64,000 nucleotides of DNA from Sarea resinae (lineage: Eukaryota): the NCBI GenBank assembly GCA_026026165.1, contig JAPEUD010000033.1, positions 1 to 64,000 on the forward strand, written 5' to 3'. The notes beneath the pieces were generated by a model that had not been told where the DNA came from, searched no databases, and saw nothing but the letters and a program-made list of their open reading frames with translations. The position numbers were made by a program, and so were the translations under genes. Positions 37,152-49,689 of this stretch are shown here, piece after piece (the first letter of the stretch is position 1; every line of letters begins with the position of its first letter).

Positions 37152-38534
37152 TCCTTACACTCTTCTTCATGCCAAAACCCCCTTTCCTCTCGGCAACGCA
37201 CCTCAAACAATATTTGTCGAACAGCATCGAGGAACAAGTCTACTATTACATGTTTCGCTTTATTTTATGGAGGTTTACGTTAATGACATTGCTCATGGTT
37301 GGCGTCGCGGAAACCTGATATATATTGGTTGATCTCATATACTTACTCTTCGGGCTAGCCATGCTCCATACATGGCTATTATATTCATTCAATATACTCT
37401 AATCCTGCAAGCAAAACGCTTCCGTTCGCTGAGGTTGGATTGGCATGCTTGATTCTTACAATTAGTTCCAAACCACAAACACCTCAATGTCTACTCGTCT
37501 CGATCGACTGTCTACTCAGAGTACATGCCTTAGGTGCGCGATTTAGCAATTGGCAGATGGCTAATCACTGATAGTATTCAAAACATTTCTTGTCTGGTTG
37601 GAGTAATATCCCCCCTTGGAAACCAGAAATTGTATCTACCGGCTCGGGAAAGTATTGCACAATTCGCTTCGTCTTCTGATATAGCACACCAGTCATCTCC
37701 CAATTAAGGGATCCCGAAGTTCCCCTTCCAAGTACTTGAATCTTCCATCTTCTCACCTTCAGCTCCAGCGCTTTTCTTTGACCACTGAAATTGTATCGTC
37801 TGTGACCACAAAATTTGCGCTGCGTCTATACAATTTTCGAACATAGGTGTATATGATCTTAATATACTATCTCGCTTTCTCCACCACTATGACGCTCCTG
37901 AAGTTAATACTTGGAACGAGGATCCGATTCAACCACAATAGAATTCGTTGTCCCCTCAATTGCCATCGACAATATGTCTGGGAAATCAGACTCGACGATG
38001 ATCTTTCAATCTCAATCTCGGAGAATTGACTGTCACAATCAAGTAATATATCTTTATCTACGGCAGAAGCCATCTACAATACGGCATAGCGACTAGCTAT
38101 TCCTATTGACTCACGAGGGCGGCTTCTATTCCTGTTACTGTCGAAAATGGAATTAGTCTGCTTGCCTGAAACGAAGCACTAGGCTTTACTGCTGCTCGAA
38201 CAGACAAAGACTTCGATAGATAATTATAGACAAGGCCTATATTATTAAAGGCAAAGATACAGAGTTGATCATGTATCTGTAGCCGCTGTAGTAGAGGTTG
38301 TAAAAGCGTCTCTGCTAGTATAGATGTTAATAGAGAAATGAATATAGAGTAATAATTAGGTATAGCAAAATAATAATACTATAGTAGAAGAGTAATAATA
38401 GCTTCTTTCTATTTACTTCTACTCCAGAGTAAAGTGTAAGGACTCTACTACAGTTGCAAGCATAAGTTTTGTGAGCGGTGTACATTGCTAGGATCGCCTC
38501 GGCTACCTTAGCCCCTATAATTTACATGCTGCTT

Positions 38535-39563
38535 TTAATACCGCGTATGTAGGCCATCCGCATCAATAACTGCCTGGCAGCGATCCGGCATTGAATCTAT
38601 CAGATCATTGAGTATCTCTGTAGAAATTTGATCCCATGCCTCTTGCACAGCAAGCCTAAGCTTATCAGCAGACTGTCGCTCAGGATAATTATCCTGAAGA
38701 TAGTCCTTCATCTTATTCCAAACTCCTTCGATAGGATTCAAGTCAGGGGAGTAAGGAGGCCATAGAATAGGTTCTATACCACGAGACTGTAGTTCCTTTG
38801 TTGTAGCTCCTGCAGCGTGGCCAGGGGCATTATCCTGCATTAGAGATAATTCAGGATGAAGTGTAAGCCAGCCATGAATTAGAGGGACTATCCTCTCAGA
38901 GTAGGTCGTTGCATTAACTGTTCCCCAGTCCTTATCCCAAATAAGTGAGGGACTAAGTGTATTTCCAGCGAAGGATCCCCAGAACATCCAGCCAGATTTT
39001 TGTGGATGCCGCTCAACAATACAGGTAGGATCCAGCTCCTCTCCAGGTCTCCGAGTCACCCAGGTCCGAGTATGCCTTCCACCAGTAACCCAGGTCTCGT
39101 CAGTCCAGAGTATCTTCTCCTAGTTCTCTCGAGTCCAGCCCACATGAATCTGTGCCCATTCTAACCTTTTCTGCCTTGTTGCCTCAGAGATAGGAGGCTT
39201 CCTTCTAGCCAGGTATCGACGAAAGCCAGCCTTCCTTAAAGCGTGCCTCACAGCGAATTCAGAGCAATCCAGATCCATCGCCTTAGGAAGATCGCACCAT
39301 CTCATCCTTCGTCTCTCTCTCGAAGAGCAGACGAACTCAATCAGTTGTTCTACCTCTCGAGAATCTAGAGATCCAGGCCTGCCGCTGCGCTTCGAAGGTG
39401 TAGGATGCTCGTGGATGCATGCATATTCAACTGCGCGGCGGGTGATTCCAAGCAACTCCGCTATCTCCTTGTATGTGTGGCCCGCCATACGAAGCGTCTT
39501 GATCTGAAGTCGCTGATCTCGAGAGAGTCGATGAGTTAGTGGAGGCGTAGATGGGCGATCCAT
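38535..39563 (-). pseudogene. Tc1-family DDE transposase with a single premature stop at 39120-39122
   Basis: HTH region, then ILWTDETW, MQDNAPGH, WPPYSPDLNPIE; two in-frame ORFs split by TAG where Trp (TGG) is expected. Confidence 0.9.
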
Positions 39564-39586
39564 CAGGTTCGAGCGACAGAGCGATA

Positions 39587-39664
39587 GAATCAGCTTCGTG
39601 GATCGATGGAATCAGCTTCGTGGATCGATGGAATCAGCTTCGTGGATCGATGGAATCAGCTTCG
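39587..39664. repeat. 22-bp tandem repeat (GAATCAGCTTCGTGGATCGATG) x3.5 in the Tc1 5' region
   Basis: Identical units starting at 39587, 39609 and 39631, plus a partial fourth. Confidence 0.9.
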
Positions 39665-40829
39665 AGCGGCGATGTGGTGGCAAAAGCGGCGATGGATCCT
39701 GCGAACCCTGGTCAGCTTCTGAAGTAACGGGGTCACGAAACTTATGCCTCCTACCGTAGTACTCCGTAGGTAGTAAGTTAGTACCTTAGGCAACCTGTTC
39801 CTATTCTGTACATACGCTAAGAATAAATATTCTAGCCCGGCTCATCCAGTTTACGTAGTATGCCTACTACATACTAGTTACTAGTACCTATCTGCCTACT
39901 ACAGTACTCCGGAGTATATTGGATAGCAGAAGACACTTGTGTTTCCATAAAATATCATAGCAGATTAATAATGCAGAACCTTTATACCTACATGTACCCC
40001 TGTTGTAACCCCTTCGGTCGTACCCATGAGAACAGCACTACTACGAATGTGCGCACCCGTAGCCACGGAGATATCTCGCAGGAGCTGGAGCTGTTAGGAC
40101 AGCTCCAGCTAGATCAATCATTCTATCGTCATCGAAGGCACCGCATCGCCCGCACTCGGCAAAAGATTCCGAGAGGACAGCTTCCAGACTCGCATCTCGA
40201 AGGATCCCTCGGACCACTAGGGAGGTTTCGCAGCTGGTTCAATCATTGCAGCTGGAGTTTCAATTTCTTTGAGTTACGGTAGTCGGGTTCAATTGCAGAA
40301 AGCTCGCCGTCACACAGTCACACACCATCAATTCGAATATCAAACCCTCGCTTTTGATTCAAGCTTTGCTTGCTTTCTCATAATGTCAGGTCTCTTGGAC
40401 ACTAAAAAACATGGAGTAGGTAGGAATGACGAAACAGATGGAATTGCTAGTTGCTCACAGAGTTCCTTAGTGCTGTGACTAAAGGTTCCGGCGAGGCGAA
40501 GCATTCCTTAGGGCCCGAGATTCCTTACTACCAGGGTCGACTGTTTAGGAGTTTGAATATAGCTTTGCCGTTGCTTCCGTGCACTTTTGACGCATCTCCA
40601 CTATTTGACCCTAAATGGTGGTGAGGTAGCTATGTGCCACTGGTAAGGGAGACTTAAGCATGGGCTTCTCCCAGCTATTAGCAAGAAGCTCTTCTTCGAT
40701 GTGTTGTATTGCTTTTATCTTCAATTATAATGGGTTGACATTTCCCCGTTGCACCTAGTGTTACTCTCCATCCAACCTCCATCTGGTTTTGACTGCGCCT
40801 GTCAGCTCTTGCCGGCCAGCACCCAAATA

Positions 40830-42216
40830 ATGGACGCATTCAATCCCCAGCAAACCACCGAGCTAGTCTCGAGAATCGGGGCGAGGAAATCGCACATGCG
40901 AATTGACAAGTTATGGTGGAACTCGTTCATGGCTGGACCGCTTTTGGGCTTTGGGTAATGTCGACCACCGTGCTACACTGCTCCGGAAACGCGCTGACAC
41001 GGTGCATCCAAGATGTGCCTCTTCATTGTGCACCACTGCATCTCCGTGGTATCAAGAAAATGCTCCTGGATTGATCCGCACAATTGGTGCTTTAGTATTT
41101 CCCATCGGCTTGGTCATGGTTGTTCTCAGCGGAGCAGATCTATTCACCGGTGACATCATGGTACGATATCAGATGCTCCCCAACAGAGAATTTCACTTCA
41201 AGCCTTGCTGACTTGACATACCCTAGTTTATGACTGTGGCGTTTCTTCATCGACGTGTAACAATATGGGATGTTCTCAAAATTTGGGTGGTATCCTTTTT
41301 CGGCAATCTCGCTGGTATATTGTTTTTCATGGCTATCATTATTGGCTGTGAGACTCCCCTCCCATAGTGATGTCTATGATCAGTGAAAACATTGACGCTG
41401 ATGATTTTGCAATTCCCAGACGGTGGGGTCTTCGATGAGGCCGTTTACAAGAACGAGAGCATCACTGGTGCTATCTCGAGAGCTCAAGTTCCCCAGTGGC
41501 ATCAAATATTTTTAAAGGCAATTGGAGGTACTTCGCACGCTCTGTTGCAGACTAAGCCTTTGAATAACTTTGCTGATGCAATTCAATTTTATAGCGAATT
41601 GGCTTGTTTGTTTCGCTGTGTACGGTTCTATCTCAGCGCGGGACATCACCGGGAAAATTCTAGCGTGCTGGTGGCCCCCGGCGACATTCGTGGCTCTCGC
41701 ACTTGATCATGTTATTGCGAACATGTTCTTCATACCTCTGTCGGTCAAGTTCCCGCTGAAGCACGTCAAGCTTGCTGACTGTTTCCCAGGGGCATCTGGA
41801 ACGGAGCACCCTTTGGTGTCGGATATTATATCTGGAAGTCAATGATACCCGCTGCGTTGGGAAACATACTCGGCGGCACCCTTTTCGTTGGTGTCATGTA
41901 TTGGTACCTCTATTTGGCCGGAGAGGGTACCATTAAGATCGATTCCAGCTTAGGGAACTTTTTGGACGCCGCGATGGAGGCCGGAGGCCCTATGCCCCCG
42001 AATGGTAGATCAGTCGGGGAGTCCAAGAACCATTCAGATGGCACGGCCGCTGAAACCACCGACGACAGCGGTCCAATTGACGGTCAGACAAACAGGCAGC
42101 TGAAAAGTTCAGGTCAGTATATGACCAGTGGGATTGGGCAAGAGCTGGGCCCCGAGACATATACCGAGAATAATGGCCTGGATAGAAAAGATCACAGTCC
42201 GGATGATTTAGTGTAG
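40830..42216 (+). CDS. Formate/nitrite transporter (FNT family), multi-exon
   Basis: ALVFPIGLVMVVLSGADLFTG, SFFGNLAG, KAIG|ANWLVC, ALDHVIANMFFIP, ALGNILGG. Confidence 0.92.
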
Positions 42217-42949
42217 ACCAAGCGGACAGGCCAAATAGATTTCTGTCCATCTAGATAATGCTTTGCAGTGCAGTCGGTAGAGTATCCTTGAATAGGCATT
42301 TTTGTACTTTGTTGCCATTTTTGATAATGTTCATAAATGGCTGGCAAGCTGATGTCGTTCTCTCGCGAGACGACTCTGATGATAATAGTGAGCATTTCCT
42401 ATGTGAATGTTGACCTTTTAGTATATTCGGAATTAGGCTCGCGCCTATCTCAGTGATCACGAAACAATCCAAGCATGGCTTTTCCTCTCATCAATGCTCA
42501 AAACAAACAATGCCCAAAGCAAATCAAGGGCTTTCAAAGTCGAAATGTCTTTCATCGCCACCCGCTTCAAAGAAATAACCTATATATCAACCTCTAGCAA
42601 GCATCATATTTTCCTCTAACATACTAGTAGCATGCAATCTTTCACCCCCTAAAAGAAGGGCGAGGCGAAGAGCATGTGGTCTAGACAACTAGACAATACT
42701 TGGTGGCTATAGAACTTGTTGCTTCAACTCTCTCCTTCCGCGTCAGCCGCATCACAGGCTAAGTTTGCGCAATGGATCCTAAACCCGAGTAAATTCCAGG
42801 TGCTAGCCTAACGTGTTGATAGTATTGCGATAGATGTCTTCTGCATGACTCAATTGATTAGAATCCTTTTAGCCTTAGCTCTTTGTCTCTAGAGTGGGAA
42901 GAAGCTTTAGGTATATCCTAGAGACAAGATATATTAATAACTAGAAGCC

Positions 42950-45556
42950 TGTAGAACTTCTATAAAATAAGGGTTATATAACTAGTATCCACTAACTTTC
43001 TTACAAAGTATATGTTATTATTAGTTTATTAATAACAAATTGCTTATATAATTAGTTATCACTAGAGGTTTCTAGTAAGTTAATTATATCTATATAATAA
43101 CTACCTTATACCTCTATAGCTAGATCTCTAAGTTTATTATACATAATTATTCTATACTATTACTTCTTTAGCACCTTTCTCTACTTATGTCTTTATGCAG
43201 GTACCTTCTAACAGGTTATAAGCCTTAATAGCCTGCTAAAGAAGCCTATCCTCCTATAATTTTGTGCTTTTTCCCTCTATAGCCACTGATATTCCTCTGA
43301 AAAAGAGTTGAACTTCCTCTTTTTTACCTAAAAAGACTAGGTCCTATAGTCTTTATAGTCCCTAGGCAGTTATATAGCCTCTTAGAGGTTATATGACTTA
43401 ACTTACAGATAAGAACTACTTAGGGTAGACTGCTTAAACTAAGCCTATACTAATAGATATTGTGTATACACACACTTAATAAGGATTTTCCTAATCCTTT
43501 GTGCTACCTTATAGGCATAATTCCCTTTAAAGGAAAACACCTATATAAGGGCAAGTTAAGTGCCTAATATATGCTGCCTTTACCTAAATCCTATAGTACC
43601 TATAGCTTGTGTCTATAGGACTATAGTATAGCAGCCTGTGTTCTGCAAAGCAGCCTTTGTGCCGCAATTTTACGCACCTATAGAACTGTAACAGTTTAGG
43701 AAAGTCACAAAACAGCCTTTGTGCTGACCTTTTATGCATCTATAGAACTTCTAACAGTGGTGCAAAAGCATAAGACACTCTTTGTGCAGCTATCTCACAC
43801 ATCTATAGAACTTATAAGTTCTATAGGTGTATAAAATTCATACTAGTGTGGTTCTACTACTTGCAGTAGAATACACTTAATAGCTAGTAGTCCTTTTCTC
43901 TGAAATTAAGTAGGAGATTAGTAACTACAGCTATATCTAATCCTGCATATTGAATCCCTAAGCTGTAAGGCAGCTCTAATTAGGATTTGTAGTCTATAAG
44001 GATAGAATCCCTACTTATAGAGAAGGGCTATTTTAAAGTCATGTCTAAAGACCCTAATAATAGTATAAATCTAGATTCAGACAGGTATTTTAGGGCAAAA
44101 TCTATAAAAGCTCTAGCCTATATTAGGCTTGTCCTAGCAGATAGCCTACTGTTACAGACTAGATATTACACTAATCTATAAAAATTGTAGGTTAGTCTGC
44201 AAAATCTCTATGAATCTAAGGGATTTAATTATTAATTCCTACCTATTTATAGAGAGTTATTTAATACAACTCTTTAAAAATGCAAGGATCTATAGGACTA
44301 CATTATAAAAATCAAGCAGCTAAATAATAAGCTAAGGGCTAGAGACCTAATTCTGCCTGATAAAATTTATAGCTGTAGAGACTCTAAACAACCTACCTAC
44401 CTAGTAACTATAACAATATTAGGTACTTACTATTATTACACAAACAATAAACAAAAGCAAAGACAAGGATATTAACCTAGAGAAGATTATTACACAGCTA
44501 CTAAGGTAATAGATAATTCTAAGAGGTTTAAAATCTCTAAGAGCACTTATAGTAGTGATAATAGTTATAGTACTAGCAAGGATACAAAGGTAGCCCTTAC
44601 TTCTAAGGGCAAAAAGCACTGTAACTATTGTAGGCTAAATAACTACAATAAGTCTACATGCTTTAAAAAGCACTCTAAGCTAAAGAAGAGTAAAAAGCCT
44701 AATGCTAAAAAGCATAGTGCTAACTCTTCTACAGCAGAGAAACTATAAGAGGAAAAGAGCTTTATAGCTACAAGCTCTAATTCCTATAGATGTCCTAAAT
44801 CAGTGTCAAAATGCACTGTTATAAGCACAGTCCTAGAAGGTACTGTTACAAAGCTATAAAAAGGCACTGTTACACCTAAAGCTTCTTATAGCTGTATAAA
44901 ATTTGAGCTAAAATGCACTGTTATAGAGTAGATTCTTAACTCAGGTGCAACAACATATATCTGCTATAGAAGGGAACTTTTCAACAATATTAGACCCTAT
45001 AGTACTACTATAAAGTAGAGTAACACTACTAGTTCTACTATAGCAACAAGTATAGAGGATATTAAGCTAATGTTTACCCTAACAAATCAGGTAGTAAATA
45101 TAAGAGATATTCTATACATCTCTAACTTTAGTGTAAACCTGCTACCCCTAGAGGCAATTATAAATAAGGGCTATAAAGTTAACTTTAGCCTTAGAAATGT
45201 CTTTATCCTAGATAATAAGAGTAGTATCACTGCTAAAGAGACCTATACTAATAAGCTTAGTGTCTTTTAGACTAAGGCTATACCTATAGTGCTATTTAGT
45301 ACTATAGAGGATAATAGCCTAGATATATAGCATAGAAGGCTAGGATATACAGAGGAAAGTGCTCTAAAAAGCTAATATAAAGCTTAGTATTAAGTCTAAG
45401 GACTTAGATATAGAAGACTACACTATCTGCTTAGAGGCTAAATTTACTAGAAATACTAGTAAAACCCTTGCAGAAAAGCCTAAGGAATACCTTGAAATTA
45501 TCTGTAATAATATAGAGTCTTATAAAACCTTTAACACTTAGTAGTAACAAATACTA
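42950..45556 (+). mobile_element. RIP-degenerate Ty1/Copia retrotransposon 5' part: partial LTR to 43213, PBS 43214-43224, gag-protease-start of integrase
   Basis: LTR ends ...TTCTAACA followed by GGTTATAAGCC (RIP form of the GGTTATGAGCC PBS); Zn knuckle remnant CNYC...C (~44620), *ILNSGATTYIC (WILDSGAT, ~44930), *HRRLG (~45330). Confidence 0.8.
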
Positions 45557-45988
45557 TGTTAGAAGGTAGTATAAAGATATAAGTAGAGGAAGGTGCTAAA
45601 GAAGTATAGTATAGAATGATTATGTATTATAACTTAGAGATTCTAGCTATAGAGGTGTAAGGCAGTTAATATATAGACTTAACTAACTTACTAGAAACTT
45701 CTAGTAATAACTAATTACATAAGTGATTTGCAAGCAATAAGCTAATAATAACATATGCTTTATAAGAAAGTCAAAGGATAGTTATATAACTCTTATGTTA
45801 TAGAAGTTCTATAGATATCTAAGAGATTCTATAGACTACTAGATAGTTCTACAACATTCTAGAGAGTTCTTAGAAGGTTCTATATGCTTAGTCAGCATAT
45901 AGAACCTTCTAGATCCTTCTAGAAGTGTCTAGAAGACTATAGAATCTCTTAGACACCTATAGAACTTCTATAATATAAGGGTTATATA
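45557..45988 (-). mobile_element. Copia LTR copy in opposite orientation with a folded-back end
   Basis: Begins TGTTAGAAGGTAG; reverse complement of 42950-43213; near-identical to 61340 onward. Confidence 0.8.
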
Positions 45989-46729
45989 CCTTATAGCCAA
46001 CTCTAGGATTTTTAACACAGTCTCACAACAGTATCACAACCTAGTAGAACTACATATAGTTTATAATTTATAAACAGTGTTAAAACTGTGTTGAGATTGT
46101 TACAATACCTACTATAAGTCGCACAATTAGCTAATACTAAAGGTCGCAGAATTACCCTTAGTTGCGACTGACTTTTGCGCACCTATAGAAGTTGCAGGGA
46201 AAAAATTAGGGAAAATTAGAACATTTCATGAAAAAGTAAATTGACTATAGTAGGAAGCGATCCTAAGAGCATTACATAATCATTCATATGTTGCACTACA
46301 TCAGCAAAAAGGGAAGAGGTCTATGTAGATATAGTGTAGATACATAGTATGTAGTACTAGTTCTATGTAGATAGTAGTGCTACAGTATATCTACAGCGTT
46401 GCATAGCGATATTGTAGTACATATACTTGTCTACTAGTAGATATAAAGGTAAATACATCTCTATATAGATATACATTGTCTTCTACATACTTGTTATTAG
46501 GTTACATGTAGTAGATACTTGTTATAATATCTCTGTAGAACTTATACATACTATCTGTACTACACAGTGTCTACTAACAGCTATGTGATATTAGGCAGTT
46601 GATTTTGTACTACACAAGCTACATAAGCTACATAAGCTACACTAGAACTTCTGTTAACTTCTGAAATCTATTTAGTGAAGTATGTTTCCTAGTCAATATA
46701 TTTGTTTACTAGGAAACGTTCTTTACAAT

Positions 46730-49689
46730 CTAAGCTGTTAGAAGGTATCTTAATTATATGACTTAGCCCTATTATATCTTTAACGTGTATAATACACTCC
46801 TTATCAGTTATTAGACAGCCTTTACTATAAGCAGCTATGTTGTCTAACCTTTTAACAATAGGTAGACAATGTATTATATCTTAACTCTCTAGTTGTTTAG
46901 CTTATACCTAAGTGATTAAAGCTAGTAATATTAGAGCAAACCCTAGCATAGTAAGACTAAATAGAAATTGATATTAAGCTAACAAATAGGTGCTAACTAG
47001 CGCTTATCTATTAGCTGTGCTATGTCTCTCTAGATAGTATACATTATCTTTTATCTAAACCTAATTATTTCTTCTACCTACACCTTGCTACAATGTTATA
47101 CATTAGATAGTCAACTCTAATACATCCTTATAGTTGTTATTTGCCTCTTAGAAACACACTATAAAAGATGCTCTATCTATAAGCTAGCTACTTGCATGTA
47201 AGTTTAATATCTACTAGTTAATATTTAGCTGACTATATTTACTAAACAACGTTTTAACAAATGTTAGCAAGGCAATTATAAAGTCTAGTAGACCTAGTTT
47301 TATAATTTGTTCTAATAATTGCAATAGATATCTGTTAAAACCTTTAAGGATAGGCAATCTAGTATTTAATATCTGTACTATATTAGGAGATAACAGCCTC
47401 TCTATAGCTATCTTACACGCCTTAAAATAGAAACGTTAGTTATAGTATTTTAATATCTATAGAGTAATATGTTAATAATTTAATACTTACTAGCTTAACT
47501 TTACTGTTGTTTAGTAGAGAGCCTCTAAACAGTTAGTAGAGAAGCTATAAAGAGACCTAAATTGTCTGATTATAGATATATAGTGACTAATAATATGTAT
47601 CTTAAGGAAGTTAAAATATGCACCTGCTTTTAAGGCCTCTTCTCTTACATAATCCTTTGCCTACTATATACTGTCTTCTTTTCTCTAACCTCTATTAGAA
47701 TATGCACTGTGTTTCTACTTTTGCTTTCTATTAGCTGTTAGCTAAGAAGCTCTTTATAAAGCTCTTTATAACGCTACAGTATATACTGTTTAGGATGCTA
47801 AGCGCGCTATAGCTACTGTTCCTTTATTAGCATAAAATCTCTAGAAAATAGCTTTGTGTTTATAGAAGACACTTAGTAGAAAGTCTATACACTTAAGGGT
47901 TTTATTGTTATAAGTATATAGTTATACAAAGAAGATAAAGTTAATAAAGGACTGTATATATATTATTGCTTGCTTAAAATCCTAGTGCTATTATACAGAT
48001 AGATTTGCTAATAATATAGCTGTAATAAGGACTAGGAATTTCACTACATTCTGTATTTCCTTCTCTTACTACTACAATATCTAGAGATAGGTCTTAGTTA
48101 GCAGACTAAAAATTAGATACACTAGCATTACAGTCTATAGAGAGTTAAAAGTGTCTAGTTGTTTGTATAGAAGTAGGAATACTGCTAGCTAGTTTAGAAA
48201 GTGCTGTAGTATACCTATATAAACTTAATGTAGTAGATCTAGTTTTAGCAGATTGTAGACGTTAACACCTAGCAGAAACTAAAGGCTATTAAGTGTCTTT
48301 CTAACACCTTTCTACTCTAGCGTTTGTATATTACTCTCTCTTAGAAGTCGCTAGTAGTTTGCTAAGTCTCTTACTATCTAGTTGTTATCTTCTAGACAAT
48401 AACTAAGGTTAGCCTATAGACATTTATATACTAGACAGTGGCCTTATATAATACTGTATATTGTAACAACCTCTTTATAGTTAGCTACCTACCTAGCAAG
48501 CTATAGAAAACAATTCTAGGTATAACTATCTATGTATAGTATCTATATACTATCCTCTCCTAGCTTTCTAAGTGTCTAAAGAGCCTAATCTAGTCTATTA
48601 TAGTATAGTTAATAATAATAATTCTGCTCTTAAACGTTATTTGCTTTAATTTGCTTTAGATAAACTAGTAAGAGACCTAAGAGAATAGTCGCTTGCAATA
48701 AAGGTTTAGCTTAAAGCGTGCTTAGCAAGTTACTAATTATAAGATATATTAGCTACATATGCTTGTCGCCTAAGAAATTAGTCAGATAAGTTTTGTTAGA
48801 CATATAGATTACTAAGACTAGTGTTGAGTTTTCAGGCAGTGTATCTTAGTAGACAGTTAGCACTATATCTAATACTAGATAAGTGTGATTTATATACCTA
48901 AGTCTGCTACTACTAATTCCTAGTATGTATATCTAAGTATAGTTAAGTATTCTGTTCTCTATACAATTTTATAGGCAAATATACAAGCGCCTCTTTAAAC
49001 TGTAAGTGTCTAAGTAGAAACAAAATACATCTTAAGAGATCTTTAAGATATATCTATATCTTCTTATTATAATACCCTAAGAAAGATATTTCTTCCTATT
49101 CTCTACCTAGCGTTCTAGGCATAGTTAACATCCTATCTAATTTTTAACGCAGAGTATATGCAGATTAGAAACTAGAGCAGTCCTATCCTATAATATTGTT
49201 ATTAAAGAACTTATTAATTGCAGTTAAGGTAATGTTGTTCTATAGAAACCACTGCGCTAGTCTGTAGTCTTTAGCAGTATTAAACAGCGCTTAAGATTGA
49301 CTAAGGTATATGTTGTGTCTTTTATTTAATTAATTAGGCAATTTATATAGTTTGCCTGCTAATAGATAAGCTATTAACTAGATAGCTATAAGCTTTGCTA
49401 GCGATTGTATATATAGTGTAGTCTTACAAGCTACTCTATCTAACAACTAACTACTATTATAATCTAGTTAATCTTTAGTGTAGTTAATATCTGTCCTGCT
49501 ATAGATATCTGCTAGAATGTCGCAGTTAGTGTAGCTGTTAGTGTCGTTGTTAATTGTAGAGCTAATATCTGCTGTTTTGCCTTAGTGTCTATTGTGTTTC
49601 TTAAACAACAGTAGATTGCAGTGTCTTATATATAAAGTCAACTGTAGAGAGTGCGTTGTATTATAACTATATATATAGCATTTTAACAT
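46730..49689 (-). pseudogene. Plavaka-type transposase, RIP-inactivated (3' end approximate)
   Basis: Minus-strand translation near 48850-48650 gives IYMSNKTYLTNFLGDKHM*LIYLIISNL...ATILLGLL (de-RIP SDETHLTNFSGDKHMWPIYLTIGNL); also VANYKEV..HCLVYKC and DLLH*VYIG; zinc-finger-like N-terminus. Confidence 0.75.

Larger units (their letters stand above)
38451..39756 (-). mobile_element. Tc1/mariner DNA transposon, 1306 bp, imperfect TIRs, TA target duplication
   Basis: Left TA|CAGTTGCAAGCATAAGTTTTGTGA versus right (revcomp) TA|CGGTAGGAGGCATAAGTTTCGTGA; encloses a transposase. Confidence 0.9.

Noticed and set aside
39587..39664. CRISPR-like array (also the 24-bp repeats at 54671)
   Set aside because: Head-to-tail repeats with no spacers or cas genes, in a eukaryotic context.
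46294..46298. CACTA pentamer as the terminus of a classical CACTA element
   Set aside because: The empty-site homologue shows CAC belongs to the host repeat and TA is the target site; the right end has no TAGTG. The TIR starts at 46299.
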